From: Promethearchaeota archaeon
GTDB lineage: Archaea; Asgardarchaeota; Hermodarchaeia; Hermodarchaeales; Hermodarchaeaceae
Direction: 5' to 3'
Length of the DNA: 42,110 bases
Assembly: GCA_048939245.1 (NCBI GenBank)
Contig: JBHLPR010000017.1
Coordinates: 1 to 42,110 of the forward strand
Program-made: the position numbers and the translations under genes
The notes under the pieces: generated by a model
The model's database searches: none
Seen by the model: the letters and a program-made list of their open reading frames with translations, nothing else
Told to the model about the DNA's origin: nothing
Shown here: piece after piece, positions 18,100 to 29,159 of the stretch
Layout: every line of letters starts with the position of its first letter
Position numbering within the stretch: position 1 is the first letter of the stretch

Positions 18100-19356
18100 A
18101 TGGTAGACTATAAAATTCGAGATCTAGTCCTGGCAGAACAAGGCCGTAAAAAAATCGATTGGGCAGAATCTCAAATGCCCGTCTTAATGGGAATCCGCAA
18201 ACAATTCGCCAAATCCAAGCCCCTCGACGGTATGCGCATTTCTGGTTGCTTACATGTAACCAAAGAAACCGCTGTTCTGGTTGAAACCTTTGTTGCAGCA
18301 GGAGCTGAAGTCGCCTGGTCGGGGTGTAATCCCTTATCCACCCAAGATGATGTGGCCGCAGCCTTGGTCGCCAACGACGTCCCTGTGTTTGCCTGGCATA
18401 ACCTGAACAAGGAAGAATATTACTGGTGTATTGACCAAACCCTCAAGATTAATCCCCAATTAACCCTTGACGATGGCGCCGACCTCATTTTCACCGTCCA
18501 TACTAAACAACCCAAATTAGCCAAACAAATCCTTGGTGCCTCGGAGGAAACTACGACAGGCGTTCACCGGTTACGTGCGATGGCTGCTGATGGAAAACTT
18601 CGATATCCGGTTATAGCGGCGAATGATTCGGTAACCAAACACGAAATGGATAATGTCTTTGGAACAGGCCAATCTGCACTAGATGGAGTGCTACGAGCGA
18701 CCAATATTCTATTCTCAGGAAGCACTGTTGTTATTGGAGGATTCGGTCACTGTGGACGCGGTCTAGCTTTACGTGCACGTGGTATGGGAGCAGATGTCAT
18801 TGTTACCGAAGTCGACTATCTCCAAGCACTGAAAGCCAGGATGGAAGGCTACCGGGTCATGCCTATGCTTGAAGCCGCCGCCCTTGGAGACGTCTTCATC
18901 ACCTCAACGGGCATGCGTGATGTCATAACGAAAGAACACTTTGAGGTCATGAAAGATCGCGCGATTCTAGCTAACGCGGGTCACTTCAATGTCGAAGTGA
19001 ATGCCGAAGAATTAGCGAAAATGGCTAAAAAGGAACGAGTGATCCGAGAAAATAACCGCGAATACACATTGAAAGATGGACGCCGTATTTACCTACTTGG
19101 CGAAGGACGACTGGTGAACCTTGCAGCAGCAGAAGGGCATCCTTCATCCGTGATGGATTTGTCATTTTCCAACCAGTTCTACGCCATGCTCTACCTGAAA
19201 GACCATCACAAAGAACTCGCTAATGAAGTCTACGTCCTTCCCCGCGAAATTGACGAGACGATTGCCCGACTGAAACTGGAATCTATGGGTATCAGTATTG
19301 ACAAGCTAACTCCCGAGCAACATCGTTACCAGACCGATTATGCTGAGGGAACATAG
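18100..19356 (+). CDS. ahcY: S-adenosylhomocysteine hydrolase
   Basis: GCLHVTKET, CNPLSTQDD, DDGAD, EETTTG, NAGHF, GRLVNLAAAEGHP; AGGTG RBS before ATG 18100. Confidence 0.95.
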   Translation: MVDYKIRDLVLAEQGRKKIDWAESQMPVLMGIRKQFAKSKPLDGMRISGCLHVTKETAVLVETFVAAGAEVAWSGCNPLSTQDDVAAALVANDVPVFAWHNLNKEEYYWCIDQTLKINPQLTLDDGADLIFTVHTKQPKLAKQILGASEETTTGVHRLRAMAADGKLRYPVIAANDSVTKHEMDNVFGTGQSALDGVLRATNILFSGSTVVIGGFGHCGRGLALRARGMGADVIVTEVDYLQALKARMEGYRVMPMLEAAALGDVFITSTGMRDVITKEHFEVMKDRAILANAGHFNVEVNAEELAKMAKKERVIRENNREYTLKDGRRIYLLGEGRLVNLAAAEGHPSSVMDLSFSNQFYAMLYLKDHHKELANEVYVLPREIDETIARLKLESMGISIDKLTPEQHRYQTDYAEGT

Positions 19357-19441
19357 CCGCCTAAAACCTGCCCAACACTAGGACTTTTCAATCAGTCCCC
19401 GAGTACTCTAATCCTTCAGTAATAATTGAAGGTGAATTCAG

Positions 19442-20218
19442 TTGGCAGATATTAAACCGTTCGACCTCGCTAAACTAACCTGGCAGGAAGCAAAAGACCT
19501 CTTCCAAATAACTGACATAGCTATGATCCCCGTCGGGTCCCAAGAACAACATGGCCCAGCCCTCCCACTCGATAATGACGCGTTCCAAGCCCAAGAATTC
19601 GCGCATCTTGTGGCAGATCGGCTCTGGCCAAAAATCAAACTCGCCGTAGCGCCCCTCATCTCCTATGGCGTCTCTCCCCATCATATGCCCTTCTCTGGAA
19701 CCATTACTCTCCGTCATGAAACATTCATTGACCTTATTTTTGATATAGGAAAAAGTCTAGCACAGCACGGGACGAAAAAAATCATCGTTATGAACAGCCA
19801 TGGCGGTAATACATCAGCCCTGTCCATTGCCCTCCGAAAACTCTACGATGAATTGGGTCTATGGTGCGTGGGAATTGAATGGTGGAAGATTACTAGCGAC
19901 CTCGTGAAAGAGACCTTCGATCCACCACACTTCCATGCCGATGAAATGGAAACCTCAGTCGCTTGGGCATTAGGCCAACGTGTCCTCGAGGACAAACGAG
20001 TAGACGAACCAGGCCGTGAACCCGTTCCTGGCTTTTCTAAACCAACAATGTTTCCGCCTCAGCCAAACATTATGCCAGTTTGGGATACCACAGACTTTAC
20101 TGATTCAGGTACAATTGGCTATGCAACACGTGCAGACCCCAAGAAAGGTAAAAAGATTGTAGAAGCAGCCATCGATCGAATCGTGGCGTTCATTGAACAG
20201 GTAACATCTCTCACTTAA
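19442..20218 (+). CDS. Creatininase-family amidohydrolase
   Basis: PVGSQEQHGP.LP..D, NSHGGN, HADEMETS. Confidence 0.85.
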   Translation: MADIKPFDLAKLTWQEAKDLFQITDIAMIPVGSQEQHGPALPLDNDAFQAQEFAHLVADRLWPKIKLAVAPLISYGVSPHHMPFSGTITLRHETFIDLIFDIGKSLAQHGTKKIIVMNSHGGNTSALSIALRKLYDELGLWCVGIEWWKITSDLVKETFDPPHFHADEMETSVAWALGQRVLEDKRVDEPGREPVPGFSKPTMFPPQPNIMPVWDTTDFTDSGTIGYATRADPKKGKKIVEAAIDRIVAFIEQVTSLT

Positions 20219-20277
20219 TCTAGTTACCATAGAGTTGAATCACAATTAAAACACCAGTTTATTCGGAGAGAAAAGTG

Positions 20278-20769
20278 CTAGATTACTTCAATCGCATCTC
20301 GTTCGTGGATTTCACGTTTACTCCGTATACCCAGCGCCCCGGCTAGTATTCCTAGCAGGGAACCAATAATTAGGCTAAACCCGCCAAAACTGAGGGCGAT
20401 GAAGCTAATTAATAACGTGAAGATCGAAAATACTAAGATAACTGCAGCTCCTGCCCTCCGATTCAGAAACCGCATAATTGCAGCTCCAAGAAGCAACATA
20501 AGAGAGTAGAAGATGGCAGCCCCAATTAGGGTATTCATCATCATCATAATCATCGAGAGATAGGACAAATACCAAGGATCACCCCCTGGATCAAACCAAA
20601 GAAGCATTTGTCGAAGGATTTCGGTGACTTGGTAGATAGCAAAGAGGTTAAACATAATGGCAAAAAGTGCAATGGCAGGTTCCCGGAGAGGTTTTTCTGG
20701 ATCCCCCTTGACGAGTTCACTTATGGGTGCTTGTTTTTCTGAAAACACTTCCCAGCCTCCATAAAGCAT
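20278..20769 (-). CDS. Hypothetical 4-TM membrane protein
   Basis: Long hydrophobic ORF with C-terminal GG..IIGSLLGILAGALG; start uncertain. Confidence 0.6.
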   Translation of the reverse strand: MLYGGWEVFSEKQAPISELVKGDPEKPLREPAIALFAIMFNLFAIYQVTEILRQMLLWFDPGGDPWYLSYLSMIMMMMNTLIGAAIFYSLMLLLGAAIMRFLNRRAGAAVILVFSIFTLLISFIALSFGGFSLIIGSLLGILAGALGIRSKREIHERDAIEVI

Positions 20770-20881
20770 TTACTATGGGTCGTTTATGTCCGGTAAGTAA
20801 AAGCTTTTAGGTATCGGCTTCTGATGAAGGCACAATAGGATTCGGAAGGGAACAGGGCTGTATCGATATTCCTTCAAACGA

Positions 20882-23635
20882 ATGCAGCGGAACTGGAAAC
20901 TAACCCTTGCCATTCTAATCGGCATACTGATTGGAACCACCCTTTTCGCAAGCGCCAACCTTGCTAGTGCAGCCACCTTGAATTACATGCTAGAAGAAAT
21001 CCTCCAAAATGTTCCAATAGATATGAGTTACTATCCACAAGGCAGCGACATTCATGGATATCCAAATAGTACCAATCTTATTCTGTATCAAAACACCATA
21101 GAAAGTGTAGAAGAGGTTCTTAGTACACAGGTTATAGGGCGATATACTAATTTTACTTGGAGTTTTGAGGATGATACAGCAACTATGCAAGAAATAATCG
21201 GAATAGAATCGGATTCACCAGCGTGGAACGGGGCGAATCTCATCGCTGGTACAACTAGCCTTGGCGTGAATGAAACCTTCATTGTGCTAGGCTCGAGTCA
21301 GCAGAGCCAATTTCCTGTAGGAACCAGTTTTAACAGCTCTATACAAGTAGATCGATGGCCTCAAGAGCCCTACCTCATCAACGTAACACTTGATGTCGTA
21401 GGAATTATTGAACTAACAGAAGAAGCCTTTGGCCACTTAGACACAGCCTTCTACGATTCTCCTTATTATCTACAAAGCATATTTCTTGTGGACCTTGACC
21501 TCACGATGTTACCGCTCTTGGATGTGGCCTATGGAATTCCATCTGTTGAGTGGGTAAATATTGACACCCAAATTAACATCTACTTACACCGAATTGGACT
21601 CGTTAACCCGTTTGATGTAACCACTTCGATTCAACAGATTGGCCTGATTAGACAACAATTGCAAAACCGATTAGGGTATGATGTCTATATTGATGATCGC
21701 ATTTCCCTAAGTTTGATTTTCTTTAGTTCTTTTGCTGAAACCCAGAAACTAACGTTTCTGTTAATCTCGATGCCCATTTTCTTCATCGCATTGTATGTGG
21801 GAATCACTCTGAATGATGTATCCTTCTCGCTTCGCCGCCGAGAGGTAGGCTTGTATTTAACGAAGGGCCAAACACGCGGAGGTATCACCAGTATGTTTGT
21901 TACCGAAGGATTCCTCATTGGCATCCTTTCAAGTATATTGGGCTTTGCCCTAGCCTTTGTTCTAGTACCCTTCTTTATGGGTTCAGGAACCTATAAGCCG
22001 CTTAACCCCTTCTTGGTAGGAGTCGATACGATTTTCCTAACCCTCGCCTTTGGTGTGGGACTCGCCCTAGTTGCAACCTATTTACCAGCACGAAAAGCCG
22101 TCCAAATACCTACAACCGAAGCCATTCGTGAATACACTCTTGCTGGTGAACCCAGTGGATATAACAGATTTCTTGCCTGGACGTGTCTCATACTTGGTAC
22201 TTATAAACTCATAGTCTGGAGTTTTGGCATTAACGTTGCAAGCCTGTTACAAAATATAATATATACGAATCCCATCCTAAGTTTTGCTGTAGTCATCTGG
22301 TTGCTAATCGACTCAGTACTCGGCTTTTGGGCACCGTTGCTGTTTTTCTATGGTTTCACAATCATATTAGTGAAAGGCTCGACACGATTCTACGACTATG
22401 CCACAAGATTCATTCGGCGTATTCTGGGAGATCTAGGAGCCTTGGCAGCCCATACGATTCGTCGTCGACCGGGGAGAACCGCTGCTGTCATTTTTATTAC
22501 AGCACTTCTTGTAGGTTATAGCGTGCAAACTATTGGCGTAATTTCCGCTCAACAAGACCTAGTAATTCGAAATGTCTACAAAACTGTGGGAGCGGATCTC
22601 AAGGTGAGAGTTAATCATCCAGATAATATCACGAACATGCTCGACACGATTCGCAGCGTACCTGGTGTACGTGGAGTTACCTTTGAATTTACCATCTCTG
22701 CAATTACAGCAAGTGATAGCGCGAATATTAGAGCGATTAATGTCAGTGAATGGATCGACATAGCCTATTGGGAACCCGAATGGTTCCCCATCCAACCAGC
22801 CCATGTTGCCCTTCAACAATTAGCGGAAAATAATCAATCCATTATCTTGGAACGAATCATAGCCGTGAATTTGAATATCGCGTTAGGCAGTTCCATCTTT
22901 GTAGATATTCCGGGGAACGAAACTCACGGTATGGAGGTCGTAGGATACTTTGGACCGGAGCCAGTTAATTTGGGCAGTATGGGGTATAGTTTCTGGATGG
23001 CTGAAGAGACGTGGTCATATATTTCTTATGAGCATTACCAAGAAATTCATTCTGGAGTGTCTTCGGGGTATATTCTTGTGGCGCTTCAATCCCCAGCAGT
23101 TAATGCAGAGGTGGTTAGTGCAATTGAAGCATTGGATGATGTTACTAGCGTTGATTCTGCCCTTGAAAGACTGGGAGAATTTCGGTCCGATGTTTTTCTA
23201 AATGCTAATATTAACATGATGTATATGGGATTGCTCTTCGCGTATCTCTTGGCATCCTTGGGAACTGTAGTCATCGTTTACTTAACGCTTCGTGAACGTC
23301 GGAGGAGTACGGCGCTCATGAGTGCCCGTGGAATGACTTATAGCCAAACTATTCGGACTTTGATGGCGGAATCCTTAACTCTCATTGGCTTTGCCCTTAT
23401 CGTTGGTCTCGTTGTAGGAATTATTGTTCTTTATGGTCAGGTTCGTGGCGCTGTAGGAAGTGTAGGCTATCTCAACATACCAACCTTACTAACTGCCCGT
23501 TTTCTTCCTGCCCCGTTCCTTGGTCTTATGGCAATGCAATTAACTGCACTTTTAGTAATGCTCCTTTGTGCAACAATTATTCCAATTCTCATCGAGGCAC
23601 ATAGTGCCCGTTATGATACATCCATATTGAGGTGA
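20882..23635 (+). CDS. FtsX/MacB-like ABC transporter permease (duplicated)
   Basis: RRREVGLYLTKG and ERRRSTALMSARG FtsX motifs, two large extracytoplasmic domains. May start at CTG 20858. Confidence 0.85.
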   Translation: MQRNWKLTLAILIGILIGTTLFASANLASAATLNYMLEEILQNVPIDMSYYPQGSDIHGYPNSTNLILYQNTIESVEEVLSTQVIGRYTNFTWSFEDDTATMQEIIGIESDSPAWNGANLIAGTTSLGVNETFIVLGSSQQSQFPVGTSFNSSIQVDRWPQEPYLINVTLDVVGIIELTEEAFGHLDTAFYDSPYYLQSIFLVDLDLTMLPLLDVAYGIPSVEWVNIDTQINIYLHRIGLVNPFDVTTSIQQIGLIRQQLQNRLGYDVYIDDRISLSLIFFSSFAETQKLTFLLISMPIFFIALYVGITLNDVSFSLRRREVGLYLTKGQTRGGITSMFVTEGFLIGILSSILGFALAFVLVPFFMGSGTYKPLNPFLVGVDTIFLTLAFGVGLALVATYLPARKAVQIPTTEAIREYTLAGEPSGYNRFLAWTCLILGTYKLIVWSFGINVASLLQNIIYTNPILSFAVVIWLLIDSVLGFWAPLLFFYGFTIILVKGSTRFYDYATRFIRRILGDLGALAAHTIRRRPGRTAAVIFITALLVGYSVQTIGVISAQQDLVIRNVYKTVGADLKVRVNHPDNITNMLDTIRSVPGVRGVTFEFTISAITASDSANIRAINVSEWIDIAYWEPEWFPIQPAHVALQQLAENNQSIILERIIAVNLNIALGSSIFVDIPGNETHGMEVVGYFGPEPVNLGSMGYSFWMAEETWSYISYEHYQEIHSGVSSGYILVALQSPAVNAEVVSAIEALDDVTSVDSALERLGEFRSDVFLNANINMMYMGLLFAYLLASLGTVVIVYLTLRERRRSTALMSARGMTYSQTIRTLMAESLTLIGFALIVGLVVGIIVLYGQVRGAVGSVGYLNIPTLLTARFLPAPFLGLMAMQLTALLVMLLCATIIPILIEAHSARYDTSILR

Positions 23636-23644
23636 AAAATTACA

Positions 23645-24535
23645 ATGGCTTTCATCGAAGTTGAAGATTTAGTTCGTGTTTATCGCATTGGAGAAGTTGA
23701 GGTACGAGCTCTTCGAGGATTGAATCTCTCCGTGAATGAAGGTGAGCTCATTTCAGTGATGGGGCCCTCTGGTTCAGGAAAGACAACCTTATTGAATATC
23801 CTCGGAGGCTTAGACCGATCCACAGCTGGACAAGCCAAAGTGGGTGATGTCGACCTTACCTTTCTTTCCCGAAAACAACTCGTGATGTATCGCCGTAATG
23901 TCGTCGGACATATCTTCCAAACCCTTAACCTCATTCCCACTCTATCAGCAGCGGAAAATATTTCACTTCCCATGATTGTAGCACAGGTTCCCCGGAGTGA
24001 ACGACGAAATCGCGTCGATGAACTGCTAGATATTGTCCAATTGTCAGATCGGGCACACCACAAGCCCGACGAGTTAAGTGGAGGTGAACAGCAGCGGGTG
24101 GCGATTGCCGCCGCTCTGGCTAATGATCCTCCTGTAGTCTTAGCTGATGAACCCACAGGTGAATTGGATTCGGAAACCTCACGGACCATCGTGGATTTTT
24201 TGGCAAAAATTAATCAAAAATACAATAAGACCATTGTTATGGTCACCCACAACCCCATCGTGGCTGCGGCAACTGAGCGTATTCTTCGCATTGAAGATGG
24301 GGTGATTATTTCCACGTATACACCAGCTGAGCTCGAAGCAGGAGCCGAAGGTCGCCAAGTAAGTTTTGTCGACCAGATGCGACAACGGATACGAAAACTC
24401 GAAGCGGAATTAACAGCACTAGATAAGAAATTCAAGAAGGGAGAAGTAACTGGTGATGAATACGTCGATGAACGTCTTCGATTAAAAGCCGCCATACAGG
24501 GCCTCGAAGATGAAATTCATCGACACGGCGGTTAG
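23645..24535 (+). CDS. LolD/MacB-type ABC ATPase with C-terminal helical extension
   Basis: GPSGSGKT, LSGGEQQRVAIA, ADEPTGELD, MVTH. Confidence 0.9.
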   Translation: MAFIEVEDLVRVYRIGEVEVRALRGLNLSVNEGELISVMGPSGSGKTTLLNILGGLDRSTAGQAKVGDVDLTFLSRKQLVMYRRNVVGHIFQTLNLIPTLSAAENISLPMIVAQVPRSERRNRVDELLDIVQLSDRAHHKPDELSGGEQQRVAIAAALANDPPVVLADEPTGELDSETSRTIVDFLAKINQKYNKTIVMVTHNPIVAAATERILRIEDGVIISTYTPAELEAGAEGRQVSFVDQMRQRIRKLEAELTALDKKFKKGEVTGDEYVDERLRLKAAIQGLEDEIHRHGG

Positions 24536-24641
24536 GACGCTATTGGCTTATCCATTTCAGCGAAAACGGAAGTATTAATTGCACTTTTCCCTCCTGTGAT
24601 GCATAGCAAGTTCATTTAATCTGAACAGGAGTCGTAGAATC

Positions 24642-25160
24642 GTGCCTTTTCGAGATTACATCGCAGCGCCTCATAAACTAGTCTATATTGAAGGAAAAGA
24701 ACGCCACGAAATCCCCTGCATTTTTTGCGCTATTATCAAAGGCAACCCACGGGTCAAAACCAAGATTATCTATCGGAATGCGGAATTCATGGTGCTCCTT
24801 AACATGTTCCCCTTCAACCCCGGTCATCTAATGGTCGTGCCAATTCGACATGTTGAAAAACTTTCGGAGTTGAGCCCAGAAGAGTTGGATGCGTTCTTCC
24901 GGTTAGGTGCAAGAACAGTACGCCTAGTTGAAAGGGCATTCAATCCAACAGGCGTGAATATGGGCTTGAACATCGGATCTGCAGCAGGAGCGAGTATTGA
25001 ACATCTTCATCTCCATATTGTTCCACGATATCCACGGGAATTAGGCTTTATGGAAACCACTGCAGACACGCGAACCTTGGTGATGGATGCAAAAACCACC
25101 TACCAACGACTGCACCCCCACTTGGATATTCTCAAGGAGGAGACGACAAAAGATTCCTGA
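24642..25160 (+). CDS. HIT-family nucleotide hydrolase (Ap4A hydrolase/phosphorylase-like)
   Basis: CIFC, NMFPFNPGH, AGASIEHLHLHIVPR. Confidence 0.88.
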   Translation: MPFRDYIAAPHKLVYIEGKERHEIPCIFCAIIKGNPRVKTKIIYRNAEFMVLLNMFPFNPGHLMVVPIRHVEKLSELSPEELDAFFRLGARTVRLVERAFNPTGVNMGLNIGSAAGASIEHLHLHIVPRYPRELGFMETTADTRTLVMDAKTTYQRLHPHLDILKEETTKDS

Positions 25161-25169
25161 GGGAAACCC

Positions 25170-25715
25170 ATGAATAACAAAAAATCTGACTCTAGCCATC
25201 AGGGTCTGGTGCAACTCTATACGGGAAATGGTAAAGGAAAAACCACAGCCGCCTTGGGGTTAGGACTACGTGCTGCCGGACATGGATTTGAAGTATATAT
25301 GATTCAGTTCATGAAAGGGCAGATCAATTATGGGGAATTGGAAGCAGTGAAACATATCCCGAACTTCACCATTCAACAGTTCGGGCGCCCGGATTTTGTT
25401 GATAAAGCCAATCCAGCTCCCGAAGATATCAAACACGCGAAAAATGCGTTAGAGCGGGCTCGTGAACTTATCAAGGTGGGCAGTGTCGATTTTCTTATTC
25501 TCGATGAGGTGAATGTGGCCTTAGACTTTGGGCTGATTAGCGAGAAAGAGGTTATTGCACTCATCAAATCGCGTCCACCAAATATGGAGCTCATCTTAAC
25601 TGGCCGTTATGCACCTCCATCGCTTATTGAAATCGCTGATCTTGTTAGTGAAATTAATGAGGTCAAGCATCCATACCAAAAGGGTGTTGCAGCACGTAAA
25701 GGCGTTGAAATGTAA
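25170..25715 (+). CDS. cobO: Cob(I)alamin adenosyltransferase (CobO/BtuR)
   Basis: YTGNGKGKTTAA, QFMKG, ILDE, LTGR, KHPY..G..ARKG.E. Confidence 0.92.
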   Translation: MNNKKSDSSHQGLVQLYTGNGKGKTTAALGLGLRAAGHGFEVYMIQFMKGQINYGELEAVKHIPNFTIQQFGRPDFVDKANPAPEDIKHAKNALERARELIKVGSVDFLILDEVNVALDFGLISEKEVIALIKSRPPNMELILTGRYAPPSLIEIADLVSEINEVKHPYQKGVAARKGVEM

Positions 25716-25733
25716 GATAAAGAGAGTGGTCGA

Positions 25734-27407
25734 GTGCCCAAGAAACAGCGTATCAAGAAAGCTTTGCGCCATTGGGAAACCAATGTGCTCAAACCCTATA
25801 CGAAGACTAATCCAGAACAAACTGATGATTTCGTCACCACTTCTAGCAAACCAATAAAACGTCTTTACACACCTGATGACCTTGGCGATTTTGAATATCA
25901 ACGGGCTTTGGGGTTTCCTGGGCAACCGCCCTATACGCGTGGTGTATATCCGACCATGTATCGGGGACGTTTATGGACCATGCGGATGTATTCGGGATTT
26001 GGCAACGCGTTACAAACCAATGCACGTTACCGATACCTCTTGGAACAGGGGCAAACCGGGTTAAGCGTCGCCTTTGATCTTCCAACACAGATTGGCTTTG
26101 ATTCAGACCATCCGATGGCTGCAGGCGAGGTTGGAAAATGTGGGGTGTCCATTCCCACGGTCGAAGATATGGGAATTCTATTCCAAGGAATCCCACTTGA
26201 TAAAGTGAGTACAAGTATGACTATCAATGCACCTGCTGCAGTCTTACTTGCCATGTATCAAGCGATTGCGAAAAGTCAGGGTGTTGATCCCAAGGTGCTG
26301 CGGGGCACGATTCAAAACGATATTCTCAAAGAGTATGTCGCCCGGGGAACCTATATCTATCCTCCAGAGCCGTCCATGCGTTTAATTACAGACACTTTTG
26401 CGTATTGTCGTAAGGAGCTTCCCCGATGGAATACAATCAGCATTAGTGGATATCATATTCGCGAAGCTGGAAGTACTGCTACGCAGGAAGTAGCATTTAC
26501 GTTCGCGAATGGAATCGCATACATAAAAGCTGCCATTGAAGCAGGGTTAAAGATAGACGAGTTTGCTCCGCGTCTCTCATTCTTTTTTGGGGCACAGAAC
26601 GACCTCTTCGAGGAAGTGGCGAAATTCCGAGCGGCACGTCGATTATGGTATAAGATAATGCGCGAACGATTCAATGCAGAAAATCCCCGGTCCTGGTTAC
26701 TTCGTTTTCATACCCAAACAGCTGGGTGTAGTTTAACGGCACAACAACCAGAGAATAATATTGTTCGGGTCACAATGCAAGCCCTTGCGGCGGTGCTCGG
26801 TGGCACTCAATCCTTGCACACCAATTCTATGGATGAAGCCCTCGCACTCCCCACCGAAAAAGCCGCAACAATTGCCTTGCGGACCCAACAAATCCTAGCA
26901 CAAGAAAGTGGTGCGGCGAATACGATAGATCCATTCGCAGGTTCATATTTTCTTGAAACACTTACCGATGAGATTGAAGAAGAAGTCGTGGACTATTTAG
27001 ATCGTATCGACAAAATGGGAGGCGTTCTTCGAGCTATTGAAACCGGATATATTCAACGAGAAATCCATGATAGTGCCTATCGCTACCAACGCGAAATTGA
27101 AACCGGTGAACGCGTTGTCGTGGGTGTCAACCAGTTTGTAATTCCTGAAGAAGAACAAACCATTGAGTATCTGCGCGTTGACCCCTCGATAGAAAAAAGT
27201 CAATCGCAGAAACTGAAGAAACTTCGAAAGAATCGTGATACTAAAAAAGTTGAAAATGCACTGAATCGATTGCATACCACTGCAGAAGGCACGAATAACC
27301 TCTTGTATCCGATACTTTCAGCAGTTGAAGCAAAGGCTACTCTTGGGGAGATATGTGATGTACTCCGGTTAGTCTTTGGAGAATATAAAGCGCCTCAGAT
27401 CTTCTAA
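25734..27407 (+). CDS. Methylmalonyl-CoA mutase, large (substrate-binding) subunit
   Basis: Split-mutase TIM barrel with RMYSGF (Tyr) and KEYVARGT (Arg), matching the MCM specificity residues. Confidence 0.9.
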   Translation: MPKKQRIKKALRHWETNVLKPYTKTNPEQTDDFVTTSSKPIKRLYTPDDLGDFEYQRALGFPGQPPYTRGVYPTMYRGRLWTMRMYSGFGNALQTNARYRYLLEQGQTGLSVAFDLPTQIGFDSDHPMAAGEVGKCGVSIPTVEDMGILFQGIPLDKVSTSMTINAPAAVLLAMYQAIAKSQGVDPKVLRGTIQNDILKEYVARGTYIYPPEPSMRLITDTFAYCRKELPRWNTISISGYHIREAGSTATQEVAFTFANGIAYIKAAIEAGLKIDEFAPRLSFFFGAQNDLFEEVAKFRAARRLWYKIMRERFNAENPRSWLLRFHTQTAGCSLTAQQPENNIVRVTMQALAAVLGGTQSLHTNSMDEALALPTEKAATIALRTQQILAQESGAANTIDPFAGSYFLETLTDEIEEEVVDYLDRIDKMGGVLRAIETGYIQREIHDSAYRYQREIETGERVVVGVNQFVIPEEEQTIEYLRVDPSIEKSQSQKLKKLRKNRDTKKVENALNRLHTTAEGTNNLLYPILSAVEAKATLGEICDVLRLVFGEYKAPQIF

Positions 27408-28627
27408 AGCTCCTTTTCAAATTCAGTAATCGAGGGCACTGTCACCAACACTACAGGGATTAACGCCAACGCAATGAGAGCTGCAACCCAATAAACGCCC
27501 TGAAGTGCCCAGCCGGCGAGAACCAGCGCCATGATGAGTGGACCAAGTGTTTGACCTAATCGTAAAACAAGACCGTTCAAGGACATAACCGCTGCACGAT
27601 ATTCCATTGGAGCTAGATTCACAAGGAGATTTTGGGTTGTGGGATTGGCTAAGCCCATTGAAATCCCAAAAAGTCCGACTGGCAAGAAGATTGCCGAAAG
27701 TATTGGAGCAAAAGGGATGAGAAACATTCCCAGAGCCCCAAATGGGAAGGCGACTAGTAAGATTTTCTTCATGGAAAAACGCCGAGTCAAGTAGCCCACA
27801 AAAAACGATGTGAAAGCGGAGGCAACTGAAATGAAGGAAACTACTAATCCTGCAATAAATGAATCCACGGAAAAAACTGAGATTACCAGGAATGGTAAAT
27901 ACGTAATAATCGCCCCATAAAGCATGATGAACATTGCAGTACTTACTATGAACAGTCCTGCCACTTGTTTATCTTGGAGCAGAATGCCAATATGGCTAAA
28001 ATATTCAGATAAAGTAAGCTTTTGGTCAGGTTTGGGGACGCTACTCCATCGGAGTGCTGCTAACCCAATGGGTATGGCTAGAAGTGGAAGATAGAAAGGA
28101 TAAGACCAAGCAAAAAGAGCCAAAAAACCACCAATTGCAGGATAGATTGCAGTAGCAATGCTTTGCACACTTGCATTATAACCCATAATCTGCATGCGTT
28201 GGTTCGGGTGATAGAGGTCACCGATGATTGTTACATTGAGTGACCCTAGGGAAGCAGCTCCTACTCCCTGGAAGAAGCGAAGGATAAGCAATACGATGAA
28301 AGGTGAAAGTCCCAAGAGGGTACCTAAGGGCTCGGAAAAAGCGCAGGTAAATCCCGCGAGACCAAATAGTAACAATGATGGGACTAATACGCGTTTGCGA
28401 CCAAAACGGTCTGCAGCAACGCCTAGAAAAGGTGTAAGAAGCACTCCAGGCAGTGTAAAAATGACGACAACCAGACTGATCATTCCCGGCGGAATACCCA
28501 ATGCTGTACTCATTAGAGGAAAGGCAGGAGTGATACTTGCTACTCCCATGACTGCAATAAGAGTGGTCCCAAAGATAATGAGTAAATTTGCATTTAGCGG
28601 CGGCCTCGCTATTTCATTCTGTTCCAT
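27404..28627 (-). CDS. MFS transporter
   Basis: Motif [20 protein letters not shown], about 12 TM segments. Confidence 0.88.
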   Translation of the reverse strand: MEQNEIARPPLNANLLIIFGTTLIAVMGVASITPAFPLMSTALGIPPGMISLVVVIFTLPGVLLTPFLGVAADRFGRKRVLVPSLLLFGLAGFTCAFSEPLGTLLGLSPFIVLLILRFFQGVGAASLGSLNVTIIGDLYHPNQRMQIMGYNASVQSIATAIYPAIGGFLALFAWSYPFYLPLLAIPIGLAALRWSSVPKPDQKLTLSEYFSHIGILLQDKQVAGLFIVSTAMFIMLYGAIITYLPFLVISVFSVDSFIAGLVVSFISVASAFTSFFVGYLTRRFSMKKILLVAFPFGALGMFLIPFAPILSAIFLPVGLFGISMGLANPTTQNLLVNLAPMEYRAAVMSLNGLVLRLGQTLGPLIMALVLAGWALQGVYWVAALIALALIPVVLVTVPSITEFEKEL

Positions 28628-28748
28628 GAATGCTTCACCGAATTCTATGGTGGGCTCCCACTCCTAACCTTTGATAAAAACATTTGTGGATTATCAACTC
28701 AATGAAACAGAAGTCTTTTGAAGGTCACAGAGTGAAAAGAAAGCGGAG

Positions 28749-29156
28749 TTGTGTCGTTTGCGAATTGCCCATATTGGGATAGCTGTTAAAGATGCTAATG
28801 CAGCTCTTAAATTATATTCAGAGATATTAGGCTTAGAACCCTCGAGTGTTGAAACGGTGGAATCTCAAAAGGTGAAGACTATCCATATTCCAATTGGAGA
28901 TTCCAGCATTGAATTACTAGAGTCAACAAGTTCTGATGGGGCTGTGGGTAAATTTGTTGAAAAACGTGGTGAAGGAATTCATCATATTGCAATTGAAGTA
29001 GATGACATCAAGGCCACTATAGCTCAGATGAAAGCCGCAGGATTTCAGTTGATTGATGAACAACCGCGAAAAGGCGCAGGCAAAATGCTAATTGCATTCA
29101 TTCATCCTAAAAGTACTAATGGAGTCCTCTTAGAACTCTGCCAGCCGATGAAATAG
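28749..29156 (+). CDS. mce: Methylmalonyl-CoA epimerase
   Basis: HIGIAV, IELLE, GEGIHHIA, FIHPKSTNGVLLEL. Confidence 0.9.
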   Translation: MCRLRIAHIGIAVKDANAALKLYSEILGLEPSSVETVESQKVKTIHIPIGDSSIELLESTSSDGAVGKFVEKRGEGIHHIAIEVDDIKATIAQMKAAGFQLIDEQPRKGAGKMLIAFIHPKSTNGVLLELCQPMK

Positions 29157-29159
29157 TAC

